A stretch of DNA of 61,665 nt, taken from Nemertoderma westbladi. Taxonomy: Eukaryota > Animalia > Xenacoelomorpha. The position numbers and the translations under genes were made by a program. The notes beneath the pieces were generated by a model that saw only the letters and a program-made list of their open reading frames with translations, ran no database searches and was not told the DNA's origin. The stretch covers positions 1-61,665 of the forward strand of contig JAUCBJ010003888.1 in NCBI GenBank assembly GCA_032718475.1. Reading direction: 5' to 3'. Shown here piece by piece: positions 1-11,900 of the stretch (positions are counted from its first letter, which is position 1; each line of letters opens with the position of its first letter).

Positions 1-1
1 T

Positions 2-2827
2 ATGTGTTGATAAATCTTTAGCACCACCTTCAACTCTATCAGCTGTATTCTGTATGCCTCCCTCAAGGTCAACATCAACAGTTTTCGACAAAATTTGTTT
101 ATTTTCACCAACTACTGGTAAAGGAATTGTCACATCATCTCCATTATTATCTAGATTAATAACAGCATTTGTTAGTTTCTTCACTCTTTCACTCTCATCC
201 ATTTTATTATTATTACAATGATCTTCATCACAGCAACTTTCGTCATCATTGATAGGTTCTGACTTTCTAATATGAATTCTGTGAACTCTAATAACGTTTA
301 CACCATGTTTAACGAGAATTGTAGGTCCATCTCGACCTATTACAATGCCTGGCCCCTTCCAACCTCGCTTTTCTTTTGAAACATTGTCTCTCCAGTAATA
401 AACAATTTGTCCAGATGATACATTCTCACTTGGAGTGGTGACCTTATGAGTTAAAGCAGTTTTCAGTCTTCGACTTGCCTCAGAAGAAATATAAGCCTTG
501 CGAGTGGTAAACAGAACATTCATTTGGTCACGAATAGGATCATCCCAATCACACTTATCGGATGCTTGCACTTGAAACAAATCATCTTCTTCTAACAAAG
601 GTACTCTAGGATTTCTACCAAAGACTCTTTGACTAGGCGAGAAACCATCACTATCATATAAACAGTTCTTAGCATATATCGAATAATCTAAAGCCAAACT
701 TACTGAAATGGTTTTATCTGAAAGAACTGTTTTTGTTAAGGTTTCCTTTAGCAATCCATTATGCCTCTCGCAAATTCCGTTACTAAACGGAGAATAAGCA
801 GCAGTAGAAACATCTTTACAATTGAATTTTTGTTCAAGTCTGAGAATAACATATGCTGTAAATTCACCACCATTATCATGAAAAAAACGCATTGGCGGAC
901 CAAATACACTCACCCACCGCTTACAGATTCCTGCAATAATACTCTCGGGATTCTTATCCTTAACAAACTGAGCAACTGAATATCTTGTAGCTATGTCTAT
1001 AATATGCAAAAGTTTATATTTCTGACAGTCGTTTGGGTTAATCCAATCAGTTAAATCCATTGCTATGCAGCTGTTAAAAACCTCAGCTAATGGCAAACAC
1101 GTTTTTGGCTTAGGTGCTGGGTGTTTTTGAGAAGCACAAATAGCACATCTATCACAAATCCTGTCAATAGCCTTATTTAATCCTGTAATGTTTTCTACTT
1201 TTAGTCCCTCACAATTTCTTACCAAACGCTGCAGCCTCTCTGCAGATGCATGGCTAAACTGAAGATGCAATTTTCTTGCAATCGATTCATTATCTTTTGA
1301 TAATATACCTTCACCCCCCGACTCAGAAACCAAAATTTCAATAATACCATTTTCTTTGTTAACTGGACCGTTACTAACATGATTCCCATTTTTCTCACAA
1401 TTTAAAATTGGTACTACTAAATGACCTTGTGAGGTTGACCCTAGATTCCTCCACTCATTTTGTATGAAAGCCTTTTTCAATTTAAAATCCAGTACTAATT
1501 CTAATGACTCACAGCTTTTCCGACTCAGAAGTAATGGAAGTAAACCAGGTACCACATCAATATGAAGATTAAATCTTTTTCCATAGAGATATATAGGTAA
1601 CTTTGAGGAAAATACTGCATTTCGTATCCCTCCATGACCGAATTTATATACAGATGTTGTTTTGGATTCCTCAGGAACCAGTCCGAATTTGTTGAATAAT
1701 ATAGATCGAAATTTATTGTACCATATTGTACCACAAACAGATTTTGTTGCTGCTGAATCAATAATTGCCCAGCACTCTGAATCACAATCCATTCCACCAA
1801 TCATAGCAAAGGCGCTCTCAATATGATATATGTCTTCAGCAATTTCATTTCTTTCTTTTCTATTCATTGAATCTGCAGAGTTATTGCCATTTCCAGTACT
1901 AATGTTTACATATTCATTACGGTATTTGGAGTTGCAGTTCTTGATTAAATGGTAAATACTTCCGCAACTCAAACACTTCATAGGTTCATTTGACCTTTTA
2001 TCTATGGGGTTCGGTTCCCTAATGTAATTTAAAGAAGCATTACCCCGAGAATAGCGTTGATATGGAACTCTCGAGCGGCCTACGAAATAATTCCTCTGTA
2101 ATCGCTTTGACCTACCGGTACCTTGATCGGAAATAAATGCTGATTCAAAAACTTGAGCTCTATCTTGTTCTGTTAATCCATGAAACCATTTTTGATATTC
2201 AGAAACATCAAATTCATTATCACTTACAACTTCAGTCTCGTTGTCCTCAAAACAAGCTGTTTGTAGTACATCCTCTTCGTCTTTGCCTTTAATCGAATTT
2301 GTTAACCGTCTTAGTGCAGATTCCACATGATTTGGACTTACTTTAGCACCATGGGCAGCACTCATTGCAACTGACAAAACTAACAGCCTTTGTTCTTTTC
2401 CCAAACCCGCACTATCAAGCAACATGTAGGCAAAAGTGGTTTCACTTACCTCTACATCAAATTCCTTTGCTTCCTTTCTCAGCCTAGAAAACTGACTGCA
2501 ATATCCCTGGAAATTTATGTCAGTTGTTTTGGCGAATGATTTTAATTTTATCCATGCCTCATACCCCTGTGTTTGTTCGTCTTTAAGGTACAGTTTATCC
2601 AATTCTTTCACAATTGCCTCAAGGCCTACCTCAGAATCTAATTCTGCATCATCTATTGCCACACATGCAGATCGTGCCTCTCCATCCGGGAATGACAGAA
2701 TAACCTCATAGGCCTGATTTTTCTTTTTAACAGTTGTTACTCTAGACCACATCCTAACAAGTTTGACCCATTCTTTATAGTCTTTCTCTAGTTTAGGCGG
2801 CTTACGCCGACATTCGCCTTCAGACAT
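2..2827 (-). CDS. GalEa-like Gag-PR-IN polyprotein (open to window edge, partial)
   Basis: Manual translation from ATG 2827 (MSEGECRRKPPKLEKDYKEW...). Contains a CCHC knuckle CLSCGSIYHLIKNC, protease IIDSAA, IN zinc finger KLHLQFSH...CDRCAIC, catalytic residues MDL / HDNGGEF / NGICERHN, and C-terminal WKGPGIVIG. Frame checked at both ends; absent from the ORF track because it has no stop in the window. Confidence 0.9.
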   Translation of the reverse strand, partial: MSEGECRRKPPKLEKDYKEWVKLVRMWSRVTTVKKKNQAYEVILSFPDGEARSACVAIDDAELDSEVGLEAIVKELDKLYLKDEQTQGYEAWIKLKSFAKTTDINFQGYCSQFSRLRKEAKEFDVEVSETTFAYMLLDSAGLGKEQRLLVLSVAMSAAHGAKVSPNHVESALRRLTNSIKGKDEEDVLQTACFEDNETEVVSDNEFDVSEYQKWFHGLTEQDRAQVFESAFISDQGTGRSKRLQRNYFVGRSRVPYQRYSRGNASLNYIREPNPIDKRSNEPMKCLSCGSIYHLIKNCNSKYRNEYVNISTGNGNNSADSMNRKERNEIAEDIYHIESAFAMIGGMDCDSECWAIIDSAATKSVCGTIWYNKFRSILFNKFGLVPEESKTTSVYKFGHGGIRNAVFSSKLPIYLYGKRFNLHIDVVPGLLPLLLSRKSCESLELVLDFKLKKAFIQNEWRNLGSTSQGHLVVPILNCEKNGNHVSNGPVNKENGIIEILVSESGGEGILSKDNESIARKLHLQFSHASAERLQRLVRNCEGLKVENITGLNKAIDRICDRCAICASQKHPAPKPKTCLPLAEVFNSCIAMDLTDWINPNDCQKYKLLHIIDIATRYSVAQFVKDKNPESIIAGICKRWVSVFGPPMRFFHDNGGEFTAYVILRLEQKFNCKDVSTAAYSPFSNGICERHNGLLKETLTKTVLSDKTISVSLALDYSIYAKNCLYDSDGFSPSQRVFGRNPRVPLLEEDDLFQVQASDKCDWDDPIRDQMNVLFTTRKAYISSEASRRLKTALTHKVTTPSENVSSGQIVYYWRDNVSKEKRGWKGPGIVIGRDGPTILVKHGVNVIRVHRIHIRKSEPINDDESCCDEDHCNNNKMDESERVKKLTNAVINLDNNGDDVTIPLPVVGENKQILSKTVDVDLEGGIQNTADRVEGGAKDLSTH

Positions 2828-3224
2828 ACCGGTATCGCAGTTTGAGTAGGCCTAAGCCTGTAGGCTGATTCTGCTAGGCCTAGTCCAATAGAACTTTATT
2901 GTTAAACACGCAGCAGTAGGCCTATTATAAATAAATTCAATAGCCCTACACTGCTACAGTGGTGGGCTAGCAGCTAGATAAATTTAATTATTACCATAGA
3001 ACTGTCATTCGGATCTGTCAATCCGTGGATAAGCCGCCTACCGCAGTCTGAACATTTCAGCATTTACTGATTTACTGTATACGGCCGTGTACTACCGGTA
3101 CTGTGTATCTAGGTATACACGGCAACCTACCGGCAACACGGTATCCAAATCTAGTATTGATCCAAAATACAGCAATTAATTCTGCAATTCAGGAAATAAT
3201 TTACAACATACATACGACGACAAA

Positions 3225-3238
3225 ACGCTCTGCTACCA
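3225..3238 (-). promoter_or_regulatory. Primer-binding site (tRNA-Met) of the GalEa element
   Basis: Minus strand reads TGGTAGCAGAGCGT, 1 nt after the LTR end. Confidence 0.9.
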
Positions 3239-3239
3239 T

Positions 3240-3421
3240 TGTCAAATATAACTAATTCCAACTCTTTACTAATAACTTCTGACTGTATAACAGTATACTC
3301 CAGCAATATGACCTAATACAAACCACACACAAAAGACCGAATAACCGTACCGGTACCGACAACCTCCACCAATATATCACATACAGAATATATATTAGGC
3401 CATGCCTTATAACCTTTGACA
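3240..3421 (-). repeat. 5' LTR of the GalEa element
   Basis: Inverted termini TGTCAAA/TTTGACA, adjacent to the PBS. Confidence 0.85.
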
Positions 3422-3425
3422 CAAC

Positions 3426-5963
3426 TCAAGTCACAATCATAACACCGTAGCTGTGTATAACGTTGATTGTATGCAACCATTCAGAGTTAGCTACTTCAGT
3501 GGTCAGTTCTACTGATTTCCATAGAGTATCTAATGAACCAGGTTCTCCACGTGCTATCCTTATGGATTCATAACTGGGCATCTCATGGGAGTTTACATTG
3601 GGTTCGATATATTTCAGGTCATCCTCCAGGAAGGTTACATCCAAATTCCAATGTATCAAGCGATGGTCGTCCATAAATGCCTCTAAGTTGGAGGGTGGAT
3701 GTGGACTGGCTTCTATTGTCACGATATTGTAGGGTTTTTTTTAAATGAGTTTAGTTTTACTAGAGAGTCAAAATGCTGATGTAAAGCTTATAATTCCACG
3801 AGGGCCAAAGGATTTACGAGCGGTAGAAATCGCATATCCCGTCCAGGGTGCTCAGGTTGTATTACGTAGTGTTGCTTGAGCATCACGAATCGAGGATGGA
3901 GGAATCTTTAATCCAATAAAAGGGATAGTGCAGAGGGCGACGCGATACGTTTATTTCGTGGACCTTTTCCCGAATCACGTCGGCTCGAGAGCGAGAAGGG
4001 GGAACTAATTCGCCATCCACATGCAACAGTTCCAGTGTAGGTGTTTTTAATATGGGAATGTCAGCAATGGCACAGGTGGTTTCCGCGGGTTCTCCGAAGG
4101 TACACGGCTGTCTAGCGCCGAAAAACTTGTGCAGCATGGAAGGGTGGACATAGCATTTAGACTGGAAGCCTTCCATCAAGGACTGAACTTAAGGTTGGCG
4201 GTAGGCGGTAAGGTCTGCATCCTCCAACACTATCGCTTCTTCTTCACGCCGTTCTTTCTCCTTAGCTTTGGCTTGGAGATTCGAGAGGAAATCCGAGAAG
4301 GATTGTAAGTCTCCTACGGCGATACGGGTTCTTAACGTGTTGATTTCCGGTTGAAACACTGCGTTGTCCATGGCTTCCAACAAAGCGAGCTCCGTTAATA
4401 AGGTACCAGATGGAGTTGTAGATAAACGCGCATGAATGCCAGCTAGACTGGACAACATTATTAACTGGGTGGTTTCATTGCGAGGGGGTATGACTACACC
4501 TGGTGTCAATTGTTCTCCTGGCATTACGGCTCTAGGCATCCTAAATCCTCTTCCGAGTCCGGGTGGGAACAGGGGAGCTATCACCGGTTCCTCTAGGGGA
4601 ATCAACTGTTCCAGTAGAACCATGTCTAAGTATTCGGAATAGTCCTCATCTAAGGGGCCAAAATCCTGGGGAAGAACTGGAGATGGTTGAAATTTGGGAG
4701 CTTGAGGTCGCACCGAGAAACGCGGGACGTCGACAGGTAAACGCTCCATTCTGCGTAATTTCTTTAAAACTCGTTCATCAATACCGAATAGATCACGCTC
4801 ATACCCTCCATATGTGAAATGCGTGTAGCTATGTTTAGGACAGCATTCACGGGGGTGGTTGACCGGTCGACCCCATCGCGCATGGTCGTTATGGTTTACC
4901 TGCTGGTTGGGATGCGGACAATCATCGCAGTAATACCATAATTTAAAGTCCTGGCGACTCATGTGCGGGGATTGAGCGCCAGTTTTACAATATTCTTCCA
5001 TAGCGTCAAAACGGTCCGGTAACACGGGTAAAGGTCTATCTGCAGTCAAATACATCATTGTATGATATAAGCGTTTGAGTTCCGCTATCGGGTCGGGGTG
5101 AATACCTTTGGGATAATGAGTTTGTTGAGTTTGGGCCGCCGTTTCATTTAAATAAGTTTCTCGGAGGAACGCAACTAAGGGGCCGTCCAAGTATGACGTC
5201 AGCACTTTAGGGGGGGGAGGGGGGTTGGGAGAATCTGATGACGTGCTGATGAGGGGAGGGGAGGGGGTCAGCCAAAATCTGACGTCAGCATGTTCATTTA
5301 TAGGTGCTAGAAGAGATATAGCAGAAGAGTAAATAGCTTGCCTATTTTAATTGTTCGAAGCCCCCGAAGGCCCGTAGCACGACCTTCTGTTTCAGTTACC
5401 AGTCACCATGTTTCAGTGATTAGGACGCGAAAATTTTTTTAATCTGATTTAGGGGGGGGGGGGATCAACGCCTATCTGATGACATCTGATTTAGGGGAGG
5501 GAGGGGGTCAACATTTTGGGGAAAAGTGCAGACGTCATACTTGGACGGCCCCTAAGTCCTCGAACCTGGCCACATTATCGCTGGTTTCCGCATCGTTCGC
5601 CGACATAGTATCTCGGATGGTGTCTTCCTTATCCATCCAAGCAGTGTCCTCCCGTTGTCTCTGTACATGATAACGCCACATTTCCATGTCTTGTCGCTCG
5701 TGAACATCTTCTGAGTTTATAAGATTTATATGCTCTTACGGTTTATAAGATCCATCTATATTAGTATACCTGTCCATAAAGGCACGATAGCGCAGTCGCT
5801 CTGATATCTCTACCGGGGACATTAGAGGTTCCATATACTGTTGCGGTACTCTGGGTGTCAACAAATCCTCCATCATCTCTCGCATACCTCGACGATATTC
5901 CTCTGAAAGCTGTTGTCGCTGCGTATTGACATTATCCATTGAATCATCCTTAGAAGTATCCAT
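3426..5963 (-). pseudogene. Accessory ORF3 of el1 (disrupted)
   Basis: Removing the MITE plus one TAA joins 5963-5736, 5735-5553 and 5178-4189 in one frame; 4179-3883 is also in that frame (isolated stops only). EPLMS..ERLRYRAFMDRYTNIDGSY and MWRYHVQRQRED match EPPMS..RELDYRKFTTRYTNRNGTY and LFKYHTQRSRND at 34410-34826. Confidence 0.8.
5179..5552. mobile_element. PIF/Harbinger-type MITE
   Basis: TIR GGGGCCGTCCAAGTATGACGTC(A/T)GCACTTT; TAA TSD at 5176-5178 and 5553-5555. Confidence 0.9.
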
Positions 5964-6043
5964 TATTGTTATTTTGAGAAACAAATATACTATTAGTCCA
6001 ACAAAGGCGACCAAAGAGTTGATTATTGTTATTAGAGTTTATA

Positions 6044-6216
6044 CGGGTCAGCAATGGTAAGCTGCCCTCCATCCCCAGTCCGACACGGACCCGAGCTGCC
6101 CCTGGCCACGTTAGCGCTGCTACGTCAATTCCCTATCCAGCTGGCGTGGTTGAACGGGTGGATGACACAACGGCTAACGTCCAGGAAAAGCTCGAGACCG
6201 GTCTTATCCAAGGGCT
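6044..6216 (-). other. Long RNA hairpin plus small 3' hairpin upstream of el1 ORF3
   Basis: Minus-strand stems CTCGAGCT/AGCTCGGG, TTCCTGG/CCAGGGG, ACGTTAGC/GCTAACGT and TGTCA/TGACG, then GGG-CAGC/GCTG-A-CCC. Confidence 0.7.
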
Positions 6217-6244
6217 ATTCGTCGGGGTATCTTTAAAATATGAA

Positions 6245-6381
6245 ATGAATATAAACGTTCTAGAATTGTGTTGTAGTTGGAAACAATATTTAAATAAACT
6301 TAGTACACTTATAATATCGGTTAAAATACACAATAAAAAAAAATTAAAATGGTGACCCACTCCACAGTGGTCCATTTAGTA
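6245..6381. repeat. Direct duplicate of the Merlin right end plus TSD
   Basis: Identical to 7602-7737 apart from one A in an A-run; includes the TIR and ATTTAGTA. Confidence 0.9.
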
Positions 6382-7729
6382 GGCACCACTGTGGAGTGGG
6401 TCACCATTTATTTTTTAATTTTATACAATTATATATTTACTATTTTTTACACACACTATAAACATTAGTTTTGTTTATTAGAATAAGTGAAATTGAAATG
6501 TTGCTTGAGTCACTGTGTAGGGAATGATTTCTTGATTAAATCGATTAAATCAGTAAATGGAGAAACTTTGTGCAGCATCCTCCAACGAAACTCGGCGAGA
6601 TGGTTTTCGAGCAACAAGTTCTTCGTTCCCCTCTTTTTCCTCATGATCGTTGTTTTGGCGTGGGTCCATATTCCTTCAATCCGCTGCGTATGGGCGCCTG
6701 TGACAACGTTCACAAATCGGCCTTTGCCTTTGATACTATGGTTCACACTTTCGTGTAAATACTTGCCGCTGCCATCGAGGGCCCTCCATTGCCTTGTCTT
6801 GCTAGTGATTCCCACAGTCTTACCACAGTAAGCGGCCCACTCGTCACTATGGATTAGGGTCCCTCCTTTAACGTTGGCTTCCACTATTGGGCGTAAGGTC
6901 AGCATGTTTCGACGTTGAACATAAAACAATCGGACATCCACTTGGCCACCTGGTGATTTATATACAATTCCGAAAATCCACGGTCCATTTACCCGTTTAC
7001 CATAATTCCTTGCCGATGTATTGAATTGACCGACTCGTTTATTGTAGATCTTTTTGACTCGTTTATTGTAGATCTTTCTCCTTCTTGTTACATCCCCGAG
7101 CAGCTTCCTCCCACGATTATACTTACGCTTACCGCGAAAGATCGATTCGTCGATCTGGACTGTCATCCCAACTCCCCCCATTGGCTCAGCGTTATGCATG
7201 TCACTATTCATTAGTTCCCGAATGAAATTATGCCAATCAACGAATGTATGGTCGTTGATTCCTCCGATCATTCCATTGAGCATCAGGTGTGCTGTGTTCA
7301 AAGTAATGTCTTGAAGAAACATAAACGTAATCCATAGAATCTGGGATACTAGTAGTTTAGATGCACCAAACCATGTCCCGTTTCTTGCCGATAATTGGTG
7401 TCTTTGTGGCCCTTTGCAACGCCACATTAGACAAGTACCTCCGTGTTTTGTACGTCTAAAAATGTGGGCAGAGTAGCTACAACCAACATGTTTGCAAGAA
7501 CTTTTACTAGTGGGTATGGGTAACAGGCCACAGGATTGTGCAAATGTTATCGCACTCCCCTCATCTTTTAAATTTTGGGAAATTTCTATAATATTTAAAT
7601 CATGAATATAAACGTTCTAGAATTGTGTTGTAGTTGGAAACAATATTTAAATAAACTTAGTACACTTATAATATCGGTTAAAATACACAATAAAAAAAAT
7701 TAAAATGGTGACCCACTCCACAGTGGTCC
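6382..7729 (-). mobile_element. Merlin (ISXO2/IS1595-like) DNA transposon
   Basis: TIRs GG(C)ACCACTGTGGAGTGGGTCACCATTT; 8-bp TSD ATTTAGTA at 6374-6381 and 7730-7737. Confidence 0.9.
6510..7427 (-). CDS. Merlin/ISXO2-like DDE transposase
   Basis: Motifs VQIDES, KRKYNRGR, WIFGIV, IHSDEWAAY, VNHS and HTQRIEGIW. The frame stays open upstream to 7616 with Cys residues but no ATG. Internal 24-bp duplication (KIYNKRV x2). Confidence 0.9.
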   Translation of the reverse strand: MWRCKGPQRHQLSARNGTWFGASKLLVSQILWITFMFLQDITLNTAHLMLNGMIGGINDHTFVDWHNFIRELMNSDMHNAEPMGGVGMTVQIDESIFRGKRKYNRGRKLLGDVTRRRKIYNKRVKKIYNKRVGQFNTSARNYGKRVNGPWIFGIVYKSPGGQVDVRLFYVQRRNMLTLRPIVEANVKGGTLIHSDEWAAYCGKTVGITSKTRQWRALDGSGKYLHESVNHSIKGKGRFVNVVTGAHTQRIEGIWTHAKTTIMRKKRGTKNLLLENHLAEFRWRMLHKVSPFTDLIDLIKKSFPTQ

Positions 7730-8586
7730 ATTTAGTAAATACGATAAACTCTAGAACTTTAATAAAAGGGTTGCGCGAGCGATGCACCAGTGCCCCAATG
7801 TTCTAAATTAGTTATTAATTTATCGAGGGTCAACATTCGGTAAATATAGCGGTAGAATAGGGTATGACTCATTCACACAGATCTGGGTTTACTGTGATAT
7901 TATTACGTCTTTGTCGGTTATTATTTAATTTGTTTATTTAATTGTAGTGTTTGTCTGTGTAGTATTGGTGTTTACACTATTGTAGTATTAATGTCATAAT
8001 TAAGGGTTGATGGTATTAAGCTATTAATAAATAACATAATAAAGATTTACGTGATCTTGTGACTTAAACTAAGTTTACTCATCCCTTGGGAGAGAGCCAC
8101 AAAATGGACCGCGACCGTTGCCGTAATGCTCATTATTACAGTGACTTGAATGGATTTATATGGATGTGATATTGTATTAATCAATATCGAGCATGTTGGT
8201 TCTTGAAGTTTCAAGCCAACTAATTGACATCTCTTACTGTACTCTGGCAATTGACAAGAAGTGGGAGTGGTAATTAAGACTCGGCATTCAAGTTTGATTG
8301 GGCCGTCATAATACAGTAAGACCAAGCTTTGTTATTGTCATGCGCCATGTTTAATAATGACTATTGCGGTTTATTATAATTTTGTTTGTTACTCCCTTTG
8401 TACTCGGGTTATACAAGAAGTGGCGGGCCGTCTCCAGAATTTACCCAGAGTTTGGTTTAACCGAAATAAAGGATATGGATTCCGCATTCAATTGTATTTT
8501 CACCGTCATGATACAGTTAAAGGCTTTTGGTTGGCTGCGCGTCATGTTTAATAATGACTTATCGCAACATGTTATTGAAGTTGGGT

Positions 8587-8811
8587 TCAAGTTTCATGCG
8601 TTGTGTGTATAACGGCTTATCATGAACCTCCCATTCATAATATTCTAGAATGTTCTAGAACTGAGATCAAGTTTCATGCACTGTGTATAGAACAGTTTAT
8701 CATGAAACATCCCACAGTCCTATGATTTATGTCATTTTGTCCATAGTTGGTCTAGGACTAAGATCAAGTTTCATGCACCGTGTATAAAACGATTTATCAT
8801 GAAACATCCCA
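8587..8811. repeat. Three tandem hairpin units in the el1 pol-ORF3 spacer
   Basis: TCAAGTTTCATG...CATGAA(A)C repeated at 8587, 8667 and 8765; each unit is self-complementary. Confidence 0.75.
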
Positions 8812-8999
8812 TAGTCCTATTGTTTTGGGGACGAAGCGATATAGGGATAAATTTTTTAGGCCTGTCAAGCTGAATATATGGCATATTTTTGAAAAAGGGG
8901 GTCTGTGGTTAATGATACATAACCCGTTCCCACGCTTGAGTGTGATATGCACCGCACTCAAATGTTACTTAGGAGTTAACCATTAAAATAAAAGTAAGT

Positions 9000-11900
9000 C
9001 AAGACTTGACTTCTTGCTTGCCGTAGCTTCCAAGATTCTTCTTGTGCGACTTCTAGCAGGCAAGTTGTTTTGTAGGCCATCCACTCTGACGCGTATTTCT
9101 ACTATCGTTCTCCATCCACATGCGTGGAACGAGGTCTCGAGCCTGCAATATAACTGGGCTGCTGAATCCTAGGGCGTCGAAATAAGCGCTGAGTATGCTT
9201 AGGTAAACGCGTTTGGTTCGAGTATTACCCTCTCTCAACCCCACTCCAGACACCACAATGTCACTTTCCACAAGCCGGCAAAGACTTAATGTCTTAGTTT
9301 CAGGCGGATTGTCATTATTTAAGTCAAGCTCACTATCGCCACGCTCAGTGGGGGGTATGGCCTTTAGAAACTCGCGAGAATTGCTAGTGAATTTCGTCAA
9401 GCGAAATCCTCCAAGTTTCAGGCAGTTAACTGTCCCTTGGGCAATGTCTATGGCTTCCTTTACTGTCGGGGCTGGTTTCGAGTCGCCGTCTATGTAAATA
9501 TCCCGTTGGATATTATTTACGACCGGAGGTGGGAATTCATCCCTATGGTCATCAGCCGTCCGATGTAGTCGTAAGTCGGGTGTTGTATTGAATATGTTAC
9601 ATGATTCCAATTGGGTGGCATGCAACTTTTGGTCAGCCATGTCACTATCCATTTGGTCGGGAGTCGTTAGCGTGTCCTCCTCAGTGACTATTGTTTCATT
9701 GCATAAGTGTGTCACTAGACTGCAAGTGTTGGCGTCTGTTTGTTGTCAGTCTGTAGGTCCCTTCCGTTCTAACATGGTCCTTTTTGAAGGGCCGGTATAG
9801 AACCATCCTACTCTCGTCCGACAGGCATAGGCCGATATTGGTTTTGGATATCTAGGTCGTTTTTCTAGAATTTCTAAAGCCTCGGGAACGTTCTGACCTA
9901 TCAACATCTGTACGCCTGGATAGTCTGGCGTAAAACGAGGAATGTTATGGGTGTGCACAAGAGTGTCATCGTCCCAGTCGTGAGCCCTGGCCTGACTTTT
10001 TGCAAAGTTACGGATGACAACCATCTTGATATTAGAGAACATGTCTCGACCACTGGTGTCCTGTGGAGTAGATAGGGAAGCCTTGTAATATTTCGTCTCA
10101 ATTGTCGATGGTTACAACGATGTTACTTCCCGCATGGAGTCGGACTTGAAGCACTGGAAACTCTCGATCTCCGACATCGTGAAATGGCTGAGCGCTGGAA
10201 TCGCTCTCTACCTTAAAGCAATCGTCCGGTGTAGATTCCTCGTAGGTAAAGGCCTCATATACACTGATGTGGTTACAGCACTCGTCGTCGTCAGAAAACT
10301 CACCGGGGAGGAATGCATCTGGTCCCTCGTCAGATGAGTCTGTCTCATAGTCGGTAAAATGTACACGTTGGTCTGGTTCCTCCTTAGGGGCCCGGTCTAG
10401 GTGCAACAAAGGGTGATGGGATCCTTGGCACACTGGACACGTTTTTACATTTACTAATCTACACTTGCGTCGAAAATGTCCTGGTCTGAGACACAAAAAG
10501 CATATTGACAAGTCTAAAACTGTCTGTCGTCTCTCCTTTAGTGTTTTCTTTAAGAAGGTATTGCATTTCGCAAGCGGATGTGAATCTGTTTTACAAAGAG
10601 GGCACTTAGGGTCGGTGTTGCTAGCCGTTATTGTGTTATAAGCTTTCGTGGCTGATTTTTGACTATCCGCATGTCCTTTCTTTAGGGAATTAGCAGACTT
10701 GGAGGGAGGAGTCCTCCGGTTAAATTTACCTTGACTACTGTGTTTGTTTTCATTTTGGGAATTTGCATCACTATAGTATATACTCTCGCATCCCTTGGTG
10801 TCTGTACCAGAGTGATGAGAGGGGCACTCCTCATAATTTGTGACATAGGCATACCGCCTTTTGGTTGCCTCTTTATCGGTGCCCTTTGCGTCAGAATGGG
10901 TGCTCTTTTCCTGGTTCATTGTGATGAGATAAGTAGAGGTTTCGGCCTTTAAGAAACTCCTGAACGAGTCCATATCTTTGAAGCATCCATGCTTAAGCTT
11001 AAAATTGTAAGTGTACCTATCCCATCTAATACCCGTGGAGCCCTTTGGCAATGCACTGGAAACAAACTGAACCATCACAATAGTATCATATACTTGTTTC
11101 TGTCCAAGCCAATCAAGTTGGCGACAGATTTCCTCCACCTCATCTCTAAACTCTACGATCCCATTTTGAGTGGATCTATTTTTAGAGATCAATCTGTCAT
11201 ACATATTACGTGCCAAACTTTCTTCTTTCCATACCGCTCCGTTAAGGTATCCCAAACAGTATTAATGCCGTCTACATGGCCAACATATTTTGCGGCCATC
11301 TGTTTTGGGGGTCCCTCCAGACAGCTTATTAAGTATCTAAGCTTTTCACGTTCACTTAATGGAGACTCGAGAATACTATCCGTACAGAATTCTGCAAAGG
11401 GTAGCCACTTCAGTTCGTCGCCATCAAATTTTAAAATTTGAACTGAGGAGACGCACTGTGGGGCTTCATTCCTAGCCATGTCTGGTTGGGTCGGCTTGTA
11501 CTGCCGAAGAGTTTAACAGAATTTCAGTTAAGTGTGAGCTTTGGTCGTTCTGATATGCCGTGTTTTCAGCATGAATGCCACTCACATCTAAGGCACATTT
11601 TAGGATTTTCACACCTTGTGACGCTGCTTGCGGGTCTGCTTTCCTATTTGTTATTGTGATATGGTCTTGCATTAAGGCTATTTGTTGTTCTAAGTTAGCA
11701 GTCCTTAATGCTAGAGACTCGTTTTCATGAGACAAGGAATCATTTCTTTGTAACAAAGAATCAATGATTTCTCGTGAGTCATCATTGTCCAGGGGTCTGG
11801 GTTGTGTGACTTCTGGCACACGACTGTGAGTGTTATGTAGGTTGGGGTCTAATAGGAGTGCATAGGCCTCTGGAGGTGTAATAGAGTCACCTTGGGGAAA

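Larger units (their letters stand above)
1..3421 (-). mobile_element. Ty1/Copia LTR retrotransposon, GalEa-like clade (5' part; runs off window start)
   Basis: 182-bp LTR with TGTCAAA...TTTGACA termini, followed by a Met-tRNA PBS TGGTAGCAGAGC and a single ORF in gag-PR-IN order (integrase before RT, the Copia order). Confidence 0.9.

Noticed and set aside
6510-7427. Bacterial IS1595 contamination or recent horizontal transfer
   Set aside because: It has the TIRs and 8-bp TSD of eukaryotic Merlin elements and is nested within a eukaryotic retrotransposon.
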